In this document: positions 9,202-19,041 of the stretch, one piece after another | Position numbering within the stretch: position 1 is the first letter of the stretch | How the letters are laid out: each line of letters begins with the position of its first letter | NCBI GenBank assembly: GCA_035471925.1 | Contig: DATIPO010000203.1 | Span: 15,426 to 79,425 of the forward strand | DNA length: 64,000 nt | Reading direction: 5' to 3' | Origin: Acidobacteriota bacterium | Lineage (GTDB): Bacteria; Acidobacteriota; UBA6911; RPQK01; DATIPO01 | Position numbers and translations under genes: made by a program | The notes under the pieces: model-generated | Seen by the model: the letters and a program-made list of their open reading frames with translations, nothing else | What the model was told of the DNA's origin: nothing | Databases searched by the model: none

Positions 9202-10496
9202 GGACGGCCCTCCTCCTCGCGCCATTTCTGAATCAGTTGCCAGAAGCGTTCAGTGAACTCGTCGATTTCGTGCTCGGGAAAGAGGGCGGCCACTTTTTTG
9301 CGGACGGCTTGGCGGGCGGTGTCGGAGGCGAAGAACTCCCAGGCCACCTCGTCGAGGTGTCCCAAGTGCTGGTGGCAGAATTCCTCGAAGCGTTCCACTT
9401 CAAAGGTGCGGCGGGCCAGGTCGGCGTAGCGGCGGATGCGCTCCCGGTAGGGAAGATCTTCTCGGGCGATCTCGAAGTAGGGTGCCCAGTCGAGGTTCTT
9501 GCGCATGCGGCGCTTGGTGGCGGCGCAGAAAAGCGACCAGCGGACGTTGGCGTTGACCAGCCAGGGGAAGTGGTAGTGAAGCGAGGTCACCTGCGAATCG
9601 GGGCAGGCGTTGGCGAAGTCGATGGGATGCCAGTCGCCTCCCGCGTAGAGGGCTTCGCAGGAGTTGAAGTCCCAGCCGAAGAAGCTGTTGATGGTGAGCG
9701 TGATGTCGCGCAGCAGTTGAGCGTCCTCGGAGGGCAAAAAGTCGCGCTCCAGGCGGTAGCGCTCGTGCAGAGGGGCCGAGGGGTCGTAGTTGACGATGCG
9801 CAGTTGAGGACCGAGTCCCACGCAGCGCACGAAGTGGTCATAGGGCAGGACGGCCTTCTGCAAGTGCATGACCAGCGTCCCGCTGTCGTCGTAGGCGGCT
9901 TTGAGGGCCTCTTCGTCGTCGATCTTGCTCACGCCCCGCCATCCCCCGCCGTCGTAGGGCTTCATGAAAAGCGGGTAGCCCAGTTCGCGTCCTACCGCAC
10001 CCAGGTCGAAGAGGCGGGCGTATCGCTGCAGAGTGGGCTCGAGGTCGTCTCTGGGCTCATAGCTCTTGGGAGGAATCAGCCAAGTGTCGGGAATGGGCAG
10101 CCCCAGGCGCATCATGGCGCAGTAGGTAGTCTGCTTTTCCATCGACTGCAAGGCCCAGGGATTGTTGAAGACGTAGAGGTCGTCCATGAGGACCGACTTC
10201 TTAATCCACTCGCGGCTGACGTGGTACCAGTGGGTGAGGCGGTCGATGACCACGTCGTAGCGGCAGGGCTGGCGCAGGCTGAAGGGCTCGATGGTGAGGC
10301 GTTCGACCTCGAAACTGAGGGTGTCTTCCCCCTGCGGGATGGAGAGATTGAGCCGCTTCACAATCTCTTCGTAGCAGATGGGCCAGCAGATGTCGGCTCC
10401 CAGCGAGAGACCGATGCGTCGAGTGACTTGAGCCAAATAATCCTCCTGTCGGTACGGGACCCCGTATTCTAGAACAGACGCCGGTTGGCTGTCCAA
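9198..10496 (-). CDS. ATP-grasp domain protein (carboxylate-amine ligase-like) with an N-terminal pre-ATP-grasp domain
   Basis: ELGYPLFMKPYDGGGWRGVSKIDDEEAL resembles the RimK/GshB-type ATP-grasp phosphate-binding loop. 432 aa. Confidence 0.55.
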   Translation of the reverse strand: MDSQPASVLEYGVPYRQEDYLAQVTRRIGLSLGADICWPICYEEIVKRLNLSIPQGEDTLSFEVERLTIEPFSLRQPCRYDVVIDRLTHWYHVSREWIKKSVLMDDLYVFNNPWALQSMEKQTTYCAMMRLGLPIPDTWLIPPKSYEPRDDLEPTLQRYARLFDLGAVGRELGYPLFMKPYDGGGWRGVSKIDDEEALKAAYDDSGTLVMHLQKAVLPYDHFVRCVGLGPQLRIVNYDPSAPLHERYRLERDFLPSEDAQLLRDITLTINSFFGWDFNSCEALYAGGDWHPIDFANACPDSQVTSLHYHFPWLVNANVRWSLFCAATKRRMRKNLDWAPYFEIAREDLPYRERIRRYADLARRTFEVERFEEFCHQHLGHLDEVAWEFFASDTARQAVRKKVAALFPEHEIDEFTERFWQLIQKWREEEGRP

Positions 10497-10509
10497 AGCG
10501 CCGGAGGCC

Positions 10510-11655
10510 TCACTCGTAGATCATCCACAGGGGGCCGGGGAAGAGCCAGGAGAGTGCGTCGCGGAGGCGGTCGCGCCAGTTTTCCCAGTTGTGTCCGTCG
10601 CGGGCCTCCCGGTAGCGGACCTGCATGAGTCCGCTCTCTTGCAGAAGGGGGACCAGCGAGCGGTTCTCGTAGATGAGCGACTCGTAGATGCCGCAGGTGA
10701 TGAAGATCTTGCGGGAGGGCCTGCCCGGATCCTTGCGGAAGCGGTTCATGAACTGGACCACGGGATCGAAGACGGGGCCTCGCCAGTTTTGTCCGATGTC
10801 GCTGAAGGCAAACGAGCCGGACTGCAGCAGCAGGCGTCCGAAGGTGTTCTGGTGGGCCCAGGCGGCGTGCAGCGAGGCCACGGCCCCGAAGCTGGCGCCC
10901 ATGAGTCCGCGGGCTTCGGGACGCCCGATGAGGGGCAGGCGCTTTTCCAGGTAGGGAACCAGTTCCTGCGCCAGGTGGTCGGCGTGGCGCGGATCGGCGG
11001 CGTACTCAGCTAAACGGTCGGGCGAATGGGTCAGTGCCACCACCATGGCCGGGATCTCCAACCGGTGAATGAGGTTGTCGAGCACCGTCTTGAGCGAGGC
11101 GTAGCGCAGATAGTCCGTCCCGTCGTGGACGATGAGCAGCGGATAGCGGCGTGTCTTGCGGTAGCGGGCCGGAAGATAGAGCTTGAAGCGGCGCTCGGCG
11201 CCGAAAACCTTGCTGGGCAGCGAAATGTCGTCGATGACGCCGGGACGAGCGTCGGGATCGGGCTGAGTCCAGGCCGGGGGCGTATAGCCGTAGGCCCGGC
11301 AGACCGAGTTGGCTCCGAAGGGATCGAAGGCCTTGAGGTCGTTGAGCGGGTCCTCGATCCAGCGGCCTTCGCCGTCCTTGACCACGTTGAATTTGTACTC
11401 GATGCGCGAACCTTTGGGCAGCTCCAGATGCAGGTGCCAGAGGTCTTTGTCGGCATCCAGGGCCTGGAAGCGCTGGGAGGAGGGCAGACCGTAGATCCAG
11501 TGCTGGAGGTGCACTTCATCAGCCTCTCCCCGGTACACGAATGTGACGCCGTCTTCTTCAACGATGGGAAAGTGGTGGTTCTCGAAAAACGCGTCCAGGG
11601 CCTTTTCGCCGTCCTTCTCCTTGATGTGCTTGAGCTGTTCGAGTAGAGGATTCAT
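10510..11655 (-). CDS. esterase family protein (PF00756) with an N-terminal beta-sandwich domain (enterochelin esterase Fes-like architecture)
   Basis: GASFG nucleophile motif (LMGASFGAVASL), HDGTDYL, and an N-terminal ~120-aa domain as in Fes/IroD-type esterases. Confidence 0.6.
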   Translation of the reverse strand: MNPLLEQLKHIKEKDGEKALDAFFENHHFPIVEEDGVTFVYRGEADEVHLQHWIYGLPSSQRFQALDADKDLWHLHLELPKGSRIEYKFNVVKDGEGRWIEDPLNDLKAFDPFGANSVCRAYGYTPPAWTQPDPDARPGVIDDISLPSKVFGAERRFKLYLPARYRKTRRYPLLIVHDGTDYLRYASLKTVLDNLIHRLEIPAMVVALTHSPDRLAEYAADPRHADHLAQELVPYLEKRLPLIGRPEARGLMGASFGAVASLHAAWAHQNTFGRLLLQSGSFAFSDIGQNWRGPVFDPVVQFMNRFRKDPGRPSRKIFITCGIYESLIYENRSLVPLLQESGLMQVRYREARDGHNWENWRDRLRDALSWLFPGPLWMIYE

Positions 11656-11662
11656 GGGCTGT

Positions 11663-12625
11663 TCAGTCGGCGGGTTGGATGGGACGCACCTTGCCGTCGC
11701 TGGTCAGACGCCAGGAGCGGCGGGCGGCCAGCAGGCGACTTTGGCGCCAGTGAAGCAAGCTGCCTTGCTCCAACGTGGCGCAGACCATAGGCTTCATGCG
11801 GCGGGCCAGGCGTCCCACGCGTTCGCGGTCGTCCAGCAGCAGACGGCTGCGCGCGTTGGGCAGGGGCACGACTCCCTCCACCAGTCCCAGGCCGGTTTCC
11901 AACAGTTCGGCATCGCCGGCTCCCTGGGGCGGGCAGTCGTGGAAGAGCAGGATATGCTCGCTCATGGCCATGGCTCCCGCCGACCAGGCGATGACGGGAC
12001 GCTGTGAGATCAGGTCCTTGAGATCGAAGAGGCGGATGCGGTTGAGCAAGGTGGCAATGTGTCCTCCCGCCACCAGGACGGCTTGGGAGGCCGTGATGAT
12101 CTCCTCCAGTTCATTGCGCACATGGCTGTTGCGCAGGCGCAGTTCGGGATTCTGCTGGTGGACCTTGACCACCCGTCGCAGATGGCGGCGGTCGAGAGCG
12201 CGCACGGCGTTCAGGGCCGCCTGCCTTTCGCTTCGCAGCAGGGACGGTTGAGGCGCGGACTCCTCGCGGTTGAGGGCCCGCACGGCCTCCAGCGCGTAGT
12301 GTAGGCGGATGCGGTAGAGGCGCTGCAGACGGATCAGCTTCTCCTGGCGGCTTCGGTGTTCTTCCACCAGTTTCTGATCGGCGCGGAAGAGTCCGTCGGC
12401 GCGCTGGTAGAGTTCCAGGTCGATGACTTCGCAGCCCACGTGGCTGCACAATTCCTCCAGCTCGCCTTCCCGCTCCTGCCAGCCGGCCGTAATGGCGCAC
12501 AGAGGCCCCGAGACTCCCAGTTCGTTCAAGACTTCCGCCAGGGTCGGCTGATGCCGTTGCGGACCTAAAAAAACAACATCCGGCATGGGCTGAACATGGT
12601 CCGCCAAGGCGGGGTGCCGTGTCAA
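11663..12625 (-). CDS. peptidase S51-like (cyanophycinase / dipeptidase E fold) protein
   Basis: VLVAGGHIATLL and VIAWSAGAMAMSE resemble the S51 GGGNT / G-x-S-A-G motifs. Start ambiguous between TTG 12625 and ATG 12586. Confidence 0.5.
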   Translation of the reverse strand: MTRHPALADHVQPMPDVVFLGPQRHQPTLAEVLNELGVSGPLCAITAGWQEREGELEELCSHVGCEVIDLELYQRADGLFRADQKLVEEHRSRQEKLIRLQRLYRIRLHYALEAVRALNREESAPQPSLLRSERQAALNAVRALDRRHLRRVVKVHQQNPELRLRNSHVRNELEEIITASQAVLVAGGHIATLLNRIRLFDLKDLISQRPVIAWSAGAMAMSEHILLFHDCPPQGAGDAELLETGLGLVEGVVPLPNARSRLLLDDRERVGRLARRMKPMVCATLEQGSLLHWRQSRLLAARRSWRLTSDGKVRPIQPAD

Positions 12626-12628
12626 TAC

Positions 12629-13504
12629 CTAGCGTGAGGTGGACGACTCGTCGGGAGCGCTCTCGGCGGGCGCGGCGTCTTCAGCAGGAGCCTCCCTTTC
12701 CGATTCGGCGTACTCGAAGTTGCTCCACTCGACTTGCTGACGGCGGTGGAGGCCGCTGAAGAAGATGCGTCCCTTGAGGAAAAGGTCGAAGCGCTGCGGC
12801 ATCCACAGGCCGTCCTTGACAGGACGGCGGTCAACGCGTCCTTCGAGTTGGCCGATCTTACCTATCAGGCCCCACCACAGGCGCACGGGATCGGTGAGTT
12901 CGAATTGGGCGCGGACGATCTCGTAGTTGCTCTTGGCAACCCACAGCTTGCCGATGCTCTTGTTGAGGGCCGCATCGATGCGCCGTTTGTTAGGAAGGTC
13001 GCCCTCGCGGGGACGGAAGGAGAGGATCCAGCAGTCGTAGCCGTCGAGGGATTCCTGGCCGTCCAAGGCGAAATGGTAGCGGCCGGTGAGTTCCTCATCG
13101 AACTCCATGCGGTTTTCGTTTTCTTCGCGGGGGTCCTTGCCTTGAGCGACCTTGCGGCGGAATTCCTCTTCCCGTTCCTGCTCGTCTTCGAGATCGCCGC
13201 CGTCCAACGGCTCACCGTCCTTCTCCACCAGGCGCTGGAAGGGGATGCCCTCGACCGGTATGTTGCGGTACAGCTTGGTTTCTTCTTTCTTGACCTCGTC
13301 TTGGTCGTTGAGTTCGTGGGAAACCGAGAGATAGTCGAAGTGCAGGCGGCCTTCGGGATTGCGTTCGGCAACTTCCTTGGCCCGCTCGATGGTCTTGGAG
13401 AGAATCTCATCGGCGCTCATCGGCGCTTGATCTTCGCTCCCCAAAAGAGGGGCCAAGAGGCAGAGACAGAGATGAGCAAGGAGCCAATTCGGTATCAGCT
13501 TCAT
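12629..13504 (-). CDS. secreted LolA-like / outer-membrane lipoprotein-sorting family protein, acidic C-terminus
   Basis: Signal peptide MKLIPNWLLAHLCLCLLAPLLG. Similarity to the LolA-like fold is my recollection only; low-complexity Glu/Asp-rich regions. Confidence 0.4.
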   Translation of the reverse strand: MKLIPNWLLAHLCLCLLAPLLGSEDQAPMSADEILSKTIERAKEVAERNPEGRLHFDYLSVSHELNDQDEVKKEETKLYRNIPVEGIPFQRLVEKDGEPLDGGDLEDEQEREEEFRRKVAQGKDPREENENRMEFDEELTGRYHFALDGQESLDGYDCWILSFRPREGDLPNKRRIDAALNKSIGKLWVAKSNYEIVRAQFELTDPVRLWWGLIGKIGQLEGRVDRRPVKDGLWMPQRFDLFLKGRIFFSGLHRRQQVEWSNFEYAESEREAPAEDAAPAESAPDESSTSR

Positions 13505-13627
13505 ATGAGCATTAGACGAAGGGCTGCCCAAAAAGATTCGCTCAGCCTCTCGCTCAGCGGCCAAGGTCCTGCATCAGAGTTGGTTTCGAGTGAAGTTATT
13601 CCACTCTAGACTGCAGATGGCGTGAAG

Positions 13628-14914
13628 TTAGCGGCGGTCGTGGACGATTCGGCCCGAGACGATGGTGACCAGGGGGAGGCCGTGGAGGTTCCAGCCGTGG
13701 TAGGGGGTGTTGCGCGACTTGGACTCGAAGGCCGAGGCGTCGACAGTGATTTCGCGCTCGGGATCGAAAATGGTCACGTCGGCCGCCGAGCCTTTCTTCA
13801 AGGTGCCCCGATCCAGGCCCAGGATGCGGGCCGGGTTAGTGCTCATCAGTTCGATAAGGCGGGACAGGGAGACGACCTCCTTGCGCAGCAGGAATTCGAT
13901 GCACAGCGGAAGCGAGGTTTCCAGTCCGATGATCCCGAAGGCGGCCTCTTCGAAGGTAGTGTCTTTTTCAAGAGAGGTGTGAGGGGCGTGGTCGGTGGCG
14001 ATGCAGTCGATGGACCCGTCTTTAAGGCCTTCCAGCATGGCTTCCAGGTCGCGGCGGGTGCGCAGGGGAGGCGACATCTTGTAGTTGGTGTCGTAGTCCT
14101 TGATGTCGGCGTCGGCCAGGGTGAAGTGGTGGGGACAGACCTCGGTGGTGACGGCGATCCCGTCCACTTTGCCGCGGCGGACGTGCTGAAGGCCCTCGGC
14201 GGTGGAAACGTGGCAGATGTGGGCGTGACAGCCGGTCAGCCGCGAGAGCATGACGTCGCGGGCGATGTGGACTTCCTCGGCCACGCCGGCCATGCCGTTG
14301 AGTCCCAGGCGGGTTGAAACCGAGCTTTCGTTCATGCAGCCGCCGGCCGACAAGTACTTGTCTTCGCAGTGGTCGAGCACGGGGAGGCCGAAAACGCGGG
14401 CATATTCCATGGCTCGCCGCATGACCTGTGAATTCATCACGGGATGTCCGTCGTCGCTGAGGGCCACGATTCCGGCCCGTTTCATCTCGCCGATTTCGGC
14501 CAGTTCTTCTCCTCCTTGCCCTTTGGTGACGGCTCCCGCGGTGCAGATGTTGGCTCGTCCCGCCCGCAAGCCTTGCTCCAGCACATGACGCACCACGCTC
14601 TCGTTGTCGATGACCGGATCGGTGTTGGGCATGCACATCACCGAGGTGAATCCGCCTGCGGCGGCGGCCCTCGACCCGCTGTCGATGGTTTCCTTGTCTT
14701 CGCGTCCGGGCTCGCGCAAATGGACGTGCATGTCGATGAGTCCCGGACAGACCACGCATCCTTGGGCCTCGATAACTTCAGCCTTTTCGTCGGGGGACAG
14801 CTCGATGTTGGAATCGACGGCCTCCACCTTGCCGTCCTGCAGCAAGACGTCGAGCTGGCTGTTGAGGTCTTGGCTGGGGTCGACCACCAGTCCTTGGCGA
14901 ATCAGGGTTTTCAT
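13628..14914 (-). CDS. pyrC: dihydroorotase
   Basis: DMHVHLREPG metal-binding motif, ...DHAPH..., amidohydrolase fold. Start taken at MKTLIRQG. Confidence 0.85.
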   Translation of the reverse strand: MKTLIRQGLVVDPSQDLNSQLDVLLQDGKVEAVDSNIELSPDEKAEVIEAQGCVVCPGLIDMHVHLREPGREDKETIDSGSRAAAAGGFTSVMCMPNTDPVIDNESVVRHVLEQGLRAGRANICTAGAVTKGQGGEELAEIGEMKRAGIVALSDDGHPVMNSQVMRRAMEYARVFGLPVLDHCEDKYLSAGGCMNESSVSTRLGLNGMAGVAEEVHIARDVMLSRLTGCHAHICHVSTAEGLQHVRRGKVDGIAVTTEVCPHHFTLADADIKDYDTNYKMSPPLRTRRDLEAMLEGLKDGSIDCIATDHAPHTSLEKDTTFEEAAFGIIGLETSLPLCIEFLLRKEVVSLSRLIELMSTNPARILGLDRGTLKKGSAADVTIFDPEREITVDASAFESKSRNTPYHGWNLHGLPLVTIVSGRIVHDRR

Positions 14915-14918
14915 AGGC

Positions 14919-15869
14919 TCATTCCGTTCCAATACCCAGTCCCTCTCCCGATCCCGACAGCAGGTAGAGGACGGCCATGCGGACCGCCAAACCGTTGGTC
15001 ACCTGGTCGAGGATCACCGAATAGGGGCCATCGGCCATAGCCGGATCGATTTCCACGCCTCGGTTGATGGGGCCGGGATGCATGACGATGGCGTCGGGCT
15101 TGGCCGCCTGCATCTTCTTGGCGTTGAGGCCGTAGAGGTTGAAGTATTCCTTGACCGAGGGGTAGAAGACCTCGTGCTGGCGTTCTCTCTGGGCGCGCAG
15201 CATCATGACCACGTCGGCTCCCCGCAAGGCCTTTCCCATGTCGTATTCGACGTCCACCTGGTACTGATGGAAATCAAGGGGAATCAGCGTCGGCGGACCG
15301 CACACCGCCACCTGGGCCCCGCACTTGGAGAGCAGCAGGACGTTGGAGCGCGCCACCCGGCTGTGGCGGATGTCCCCCACGATCACCACCCGCAGCCCTT
15401 CCAGCTTGCCCTTCTTGTCGATCATGGTCATGGCGTCGAGAAGGGCCTGGGTAGGGTGCTCGTGCATTCCGTCACCGGCGTTGATGAAGCGGATGTCGTG
15501 GCAGCGGCGGGCCAGCAAGTGGACCGATCCCGCCACCGGATGACGCACGATGACGATGTCGGGCCGCATGGCTTGCAGCGTGAGTCCGGTGTCGATCAGC
15601 GTTTCGCCCTTTTTCACGCTGCTGGTGGAGGCGCTGATGTTGACGGCGTCGGCGCTCAGTCGTTTGGCCGCCAGTTCAAAGGAGGAGCGGGTGCGCGTCG
15701 AAGGCTCGTAGAAGAGTCCGATCACCGATCGTCCGCGCAGGGTGGGGACCTTCTTCAGCGGGCGTTCGTTGATCTCGCGGAAACTTCGGGCTGTGTGCAG
15801 GATCAGTTCGATGTCTTTCAGAGAAAGCTCTTCGATGCCCAGGACGTGCTTGCGACTCAGTTTCATCAC
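14919..15869 (-). CDS. pyrB: aspartate carbamoyltransferase catalytic subunit
   Basis: STRTR carbamoyl-phosphate motif ([13 protein letters not shown]), HPTQAL, HPGP. 316 aa. Confidence 0.9.
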   Translation of the reverse strand: MMKLSRKHVLGIEELSLKDIELILHTARSFREINERPLKKVPTLRGRSVIGLFYEPSTRTRSSFELAAKRLSADAVNISASTSSVKKGETLIDTGLTLQAMRPDIVIVRHPVAGSVHLLARRCHDIRFINAGDGMHEHPTQALLDAMTMIDKKGKLEGLRVVIVGDIRHSRVARSNVLLLSKCGAQVAVCGPPTLIPLDFHQYQVDVEYDMGKALRGADVVMMLRAQRERQHEVFYPSVKEYFNLYGLNAKKMQAAKPDAIVMHPGPINRGVEIDPAMADGPYSVILDQVTNGLAVRMAVLYLLSGSGEGLGIGTE

Positions 15870-15925
15870 TGAGCACGATAATCAAAGCTTCGCCCCCAGA
15901 CAAGAGCCAGCTTCAGAAGCCGCCC

Positions 15926-17107
15926 TCAGCGGTCGGGATTTTCCGGCATTGGGATGGGATGGGACGGGATGTAGTCGCGCGCCACTAAGTCCCAGTAATT
16001 GCGGTAGGGTTCGTCTTCGGCGATTTGGAGAAATCTCTCGATGTTCTGGACCAGGGACACCGAAAGATGCCCCGCAATCGATTCGGGATGGATGTCGCGG
16101 TAGCCGGTGAGGCGGTTGAAGTAACTGCGGATGATGATCCCCTTCTCGTGCACGGGCATGGAGCCGACGTTTTCGATGAAGTAGTCCATCGTCCCGTTGC
16201 GGAAGAGATAGAACTCGACGTTGGAGGTGTAGAGAAGCGACACCTTCAGGTCCCGCCGGCGCAGCTCATCGCCCACGGTGCGCAGGGCCTTTCCCCCGGC
16301 CAGATTGCCCACTACCGGGATGAGGCGGTTCTCCTCGGCCAGTTTCTTGAGGAAGACGAAGCTTTCGTCGCGGTCCAGGTAGTGGCCGGTGCGCCCCCGC
16401 AGGTCGGTTTGGACCATCAGAGAGCCCCAGGAGGGGAAAAGACGGGCGTTGAGTTCAGGACGTCCCGGAATCTCGTAGGCCAAATCCAGTCCCTTGCGGT
16501 GGAAGGCCGAAGCGATGCGCTCGATGGTCCGGCGGTCGTCGGGCTTGGTCAGGCGCGGATACTTGCTGTGGATCAATTGCCACAGCTTCTCAATGTTGCT
16601 CTCGTAGAACTCCTTGTCAGCCGGCAGCCCCTCAAAGAGCTTAGCCAAGTCGCGGGCGTCGGCCCCGGGTCCGGCCTTGAAGCCTCCGGGCAGGGGCTTG
16701 CCGAAGAGCTGGGACATGAATTCGCCGCGTCCCTCGGAGGTCAGAAAAATCGATTTCAGCCACAAATGGTGGAGCAGATTGTCTCGCCGGATGTCGACGA
16801 TGAAGACCATCTTGGGTTTGGCGGCGACGATATAGCTGAAGTTCTGTTCCGGCCCCACCCCCACGTAGGCTTGCCCCGGCTCCACGTACTTCCTGATCTG
16901 GGGCAGGACGTGCAGGTAGGAGGTCTCGTTGGAAACCAGGTTGTCGGTGGGGAAGAAGCCATTGTCTTCGCTGAGCTTGAGCGAAAGCTCTTCGAATTCC
17001 TTGTCGCTCAGCCCCTGGGCCTGCAGCGCGCAGTTGGAACCCGACAGTACCAGCAGGGCCATCAAAGGCAGGATGCGCAGGATGGATCGAAACAGCATGT
17101 TATTCAT
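15926..17107 (-). CDS. secreted hypothetical protein
   Basis: Signal peptide MNNMLFRSILRILPLMALLVLSGSNCALQA. No family confidently recognised. Confidence 0.45.
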   Translation of the reverse strand: MNNMLFRSILRILPLMALLVLSGSNCALQAQGLSDKEFEELSLKLSEDNGFFPTDNLVSNETSYLHVLPQIRKYVEPGQAYVGVGPEQNFSYIVAAKPKMVFIVDIRRDNLLHHLWLKSIFLTSEGRGEFMSQLFGKPLPGGFKAGPGADARDLAKLFEGLPADKEFYESNIEKLWQLIHSKYPRLTKPDDRRTIERIASAFHRKGLDLAYEIPGRPELNARLFPSWGSLMVQTDLRGRTGHYLDRDESFVFLKKLAEENRLIPVVGNLAGGKALRTVGDELRRRDLKVSLLYTSNVEFYLFRNGTMDYFIENVGSMPVHEKGIIIRSYFNRLTGYRDIHPESIAGHLSVSLVQNIERFLQIAEDEPYRNYWDLVARDYIPSHPIPMPENPDR

Positions 17108-17128
17108 TGTACAGGAATCCCGTCCTTT

Positions 17129-18214
17129 TCATTTTTTCTCAAGCCACTCACGATAAAGGCGTTCGCTGAGTTCAATTTTGCGCTCCATGGTGAAGTTATC
17201 CTCCACCCGCTTGCGTCCCGCTTGCCCCATGCGGTGGCGCAAGGTCTGGGAGTCAATCAGCTTCCACAGCGCCTCGGCCAGTTGGGCGGGCTCACCCGGC
17301 GGAACCAGCAGTCCGGTCTCCCCATCGGTCACTAACTCGCGGTTGCCTCCCACCGCCGAGGCCACCACCGGCAAGCGGTTGGCCATAGCCGCCAGGACGG
17401 CCGAACTGAATCCCTCGGAGTGAGAGGGCAGGCAAAAGACATCCAGCCGCTTCATCAGCGCCTCGCTGTCTTTGCGGAAGCCGGTGAAGCGGACGAAGTC
17501 ATCCAGCCGCAGCTCTTGGCTGAGAGCCTCCAGTTCTTGGCGCAGGGGTCCGTCGCCGATAATCGCGTAGCGGACGTCGGAGAAGCGTGAAGCGAGAAGG
17601 GAGGCGGCCTCCAGCAGGTCACGGTGGCCCTTCTCGTGGCTCAGGTGGGCCACGATGCCGATCCAAACCTCATCCAGTCCGCGTTGGAACTCCGCCGCCT
17701 CCAAGTCGTCGAACCATCGCAAGTCGACTCCCTCGTAGACGACCCGGACGCGCTGTCGGTTCACTCCAGCCTGAGTCAGTACCTGGCGGATGCTGTCGCA
17801 GACGGTGAAAATGAGGTCGTTGCAGGCGTTGTATTTCCAGCGGCTGAAGGGCGAGCTGAGGGGAAAGATGACGCGCCGGGAAGAGACCCGCAGCGGCACG
17901 CCGCACAGCTTGGCCGCCAGTCCGCCGGCCAGGATGGGGCGGGGCGTATTGAAATGGACGACCTGGAAGTTCTCCCCCAGCATCACCTCGCGCAGGCGCC
18001 GGAAGGCTTTGGGGCTCCATTCCGAGCGCTGCTGGAAGTCCTCAACGGGCACTTTCAAGGCCCGGCACCGTTCGGCCAGAGGCGCACCGCCGGGGGCAGC
18101 CAGAAAGCACTGGTGGCCCCGGGCCTGCAAGCCGCGGATGAGGGTGTAGAGCTGTTCCTGGCCTCCCCTCCAGACCTGTTCCGTGTCGACGTAGAGGATC
18201 TTGAGGGGTTTCAA
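17129..18214 (-). CDS. glycosyltransferase family 4 (GT1-fold, RfaG-like)
   Basis: C-terminal EX7E-type motif region (FCLPSHSEGFSSAVLAAMANRLPVVAS...GETGLLV). Start assigned to a TTG that overlaps the stop of the upstream GT2 (TTGA). The ORF track extends to 18871, but that N-terminus is low-complexity and overlaps the GT2. Confidence 0.65.
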   Translation of the reverse strand: MKPLKILYVDTEQVWRGGQEQLYTLIRGLQARGHQCFLAAPGGAPLAERCRALKVPVEDFQQRSEWSPKAFRRLREVMLGENFQVVHFNTPRPILAGGLAAKLCGVPLRVSSRRVIFPLSSPFSRWKYNACNDLIFTVCDSIRQVLTQAGVNRQRVRVVYEGVDLRWFDDLEAAEFQRGLDEVWIGIVAHLSHEKGHRDLLEAASLLASRFSDVRYAIIGDGPLRQELEALSQELRLDDFVRFTGFRKDSEALMKRLDVFCLPSHSEGFSSAVLAAMANRLPVVASAVGGNRELVTDGETGLLVPPGEPAQLAEALWKLIDSQTLRHRMGQAGRKRVEDNFTMERKIELSERLYREWLEKK

Positions 18215-19041
18215 CGCGTCCGCCCCCCTCCGGTCTGGCCTGGGGACCCTTGGGAGTTGGATCTCGGTCTCTGCTTCTTGGGCCCGCGGCCTCGCAGTTC
18301 CCACAGCTTGAGGTGCTTGAAGAGGACGGAAACAGCGGAAAGGAAGGAGACAGCCAAGCCGGCCCTTCCGTCCAGGAAGCCCCGTCGCAGGATGTAGTTC
18401 TTGAGGAACACCAGCGGGGGCGTCAGCGCCACCCGCAGCGGACCCACCCCCTTGCCCCGGTCGAGATAATCGGCGGCCGCCAAGGAAGAAAAGCGGTCCA
18501 ACTGGCCCAGGTACTCGGAAAGATCGCTGTAGGTGAAGTGCAGGATGTGGCCCCCGAGCCGTCCCTGGACGGTGCCGTTCTTGAGGCGGAACGACTCGTG
18601 GACGCGACCTCCCCGCCAACGTCCCGAGTCTGGACGGAAGAGCCGCATCTGTAGGTCGGGATACCACGTCGTGTGGCGGATCCAGCGTCCCATGAAATAG
18701 GTCTGGCGGGGAATGGCATAGCCTTTCTCGGGCCCTTCGGGACGCCTTTTCCAGTCCCGCAACTCGCTGCGAAGGTCGGCGCTCAGCCGTTCGTCGCAAT
18801 CCAGGCTCAGGACCCAGGGATGACTCGCCTGATCGGTGGCGAATTGCTTCTGGGCCCGATAGCCCGGCCACTCCCGCTGGATGACGTGCTCGGTGAAGCG
18901 CCGGCAGATCTCGGGAGTGCGGTCGCTGGAGAAGGAGTCCACGACAATGATCTCATCGGCGATTCCCCGCAGGCTCGACAGGGCGTCCTCGATCTTCTCT
19001 TCTTCGTTGAAGCTGATCAATACGGCTGAGATCTTCTTCAA
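18211..19041 (-). CDS. glycosyltransferase family 2 (KdtX/WaaE-like)
   Basis: MKKISAVLISFNEEEKIEDAL...VVDSFSSDRT...LDCDERL, the GT2 DxD region. Confidence 0.7.
   Translation of the reverse strand: MKKISAVLISFNEEEKIEDALSSLRGIADEIIVVDSFSSDRTPEICRRFTEHVIQREWPGYRAQKQFATDQASHPWVLSLDCDERLSADLRSELRDWKRRPEGPEKGYAIPRQTYFMGRWIRHTTWYPDLQMRLFRPDSGRWRGGRVHESFRLKNGTVQGRLGGHILHFTYSDLSEYLGQLDRFSSLAAADYLDRGKGVGPLRVALTPPLVFLKNYILRRGFLDGRAGLAVSFLSAVSVLFKHLKLWELRGRGPKKQRPRSNSQGSPGQTGGGRTR

Noticed and set aside
9237-10472. 411-aa ORF on the plus strand
   Set aside because: Antisense mirror of the ATP-grasp gene. Low-complexity Gly/Val/Ala-rich translation typical of high-GC antisense frames, with no domain signature.
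17129-18871. 580-aa version of the GT4 ORF
   Set aside because: The upstream 220 codons are Arg/Pro/Gly-rich and overlap the GT2 gene. A TTG start overlapping the GT2 stop gives a canonical ~360-aa GT4.
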